The notes under the pieces are model-generated. The model did no database searches. It had not been told where the DNA came from and saw nothing but the letters and a program-made list of their open reading frames with translations. Shown here one piece after another: positions 63,412 through 64,000 of a DNA stretch of 64,000 bases; the first letter of the stretch is position 1, and every line of letters starts with the position of its first letter. A program made the position numbers and the translations under genes. Origin of the DNA: a virus. The DNA is taken from the IMG/VR virus record IMGVR_UViG_3300023174_000141, positions 12,064 to 76,063 of that record, one strand, 5' to 3'.

Positions 63412-63887
63412 GCCTGCCGCGCCTGGACTTCCGGTCTGTCGATGTGACGCTGCCTGCGAACAACCCCGGCGACATTGCTGCCGCCATCGAATCGGTGAGT
63501 ACCATGAGCGAGCCTGTCTTCATCACCCTCCGTGCCCGTGACGTGAAGCCATACCACTACGGTCTGTGGAGCAGCGTGGGCGGCGATCCGTTCGCGAACT
63601 GCATCTGCTCGGTGAAGTGGTCGGACGACGGCGCGCACCTGTGGTTCATGCTCGAGAGCCACAACTTCTACAAGGTGGAACCGGACGAGGAGATCGAGGT
63701 CGTTGAACTCACGACCAACCGCGCGTGGGCGACCACGCGGGCGAAGTACGCCGACTGGACGCTACCGCCCGCTCCGCGTCGCGTCATGCGCTACGGCCAC
63801 GCGTATCGCTGGTCACCGGACGGCCCCGAGTGCGACATTTGTGGCTCCGTCCATCAACCGAACCTCGAACCGTTGGAGGAGCCATGA
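63408..63887 (+). CDS. hypothetical protein
   Basis: ATGA coupling, C-terminal CDICG. Confidence 0.65.
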   Translation: MSLPRLDFRSVDVTLPANNPGDIAAAIESVSTMSEPVFITLRARDVKPYHYGLWSSVGGDPFANCICSVKWSDDGAHLWFMLESHNFYKVEPDEEIEVVELTTNRAWATTRAKYADWTLPPAPRRVMRYGHAYRWSPDGPECDICGSVHQPNLEPLEEP

Positions 63888-64000
63888 CCATCGACCTCGA
63901 CGCCTTGGACGCCAGCATCGCCGAGGGCGAGAAGAAGAACTTCTTCGTGGCGCCCATCGTGAAGGACCTAATCGCGGAGCTGCGGGAGGCCCGCAAGGAG
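63884..64000 (+). CDS. hypothetical protein, partial
   Basis: RBS GGAGGAG, MTIDLDAL...LIAELREAR runs off the window. Confidence 0.6.
   Translation, partial: MTIDLDALDASIAEGEKKNFFVAPIVKDLIAELREARKE

Noticed and set aside
1-64000. Prophage or integration module, tRNAs, reverse transcriptase/DGR, primase-helicase
   Set aside because: No integrase, att-linked host genes, cloverleaf structures, RT motifs or DnaB/primase motifs were recognised. They may lie outside the window.

Overview
A roughly 70% GC tailed dsDNA phage segment with podovirus-like organisation. No integrase, rRNA, tRNA or CRISPR array was recognised. Layout: (1) 1-7.6 kb is a leftward early/accessory region of small ORFs, including a stand-alone WYL protein, a DUF932-like protein and a Cys-rich protein. 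It has sigma70-type promoters and a GATC-dense palindromic non-coding locus at 5.75-6.04 kb. (2) A C-rich non-coding gap is followed by a protein with an RNA polymerase alpha-CTD-like N-terminus and a lytic transglycosylase. (3) A leftward packaging module (terminase large subunit, portal, scaffold) diverges from a rightward capsid, adaptor, nozzle and ejection-protein module that includes a 2950-aa polyvalent protein. (4) Fibre/appendage genes and lysis genes follow, with a GH46-like endolysin. (5) The replication module has an XRE regulator, an intein-containing SNF2-like helicase, a Cas4/RecB-like nuclease, an AAA_24 ATPase, SSB, Dps, a Dam-type methyltransferase and an intein-containing UDG-PolA fusion with unusual active-site residues. 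The best leads are the substituted UDG-PolA active sites, the GATC locus paired with a phage Dam, and the alpha-CTD-like protein together with a recurring promoter and operator architecture. All family assignments come from motif recognition by eye; no searches were run.
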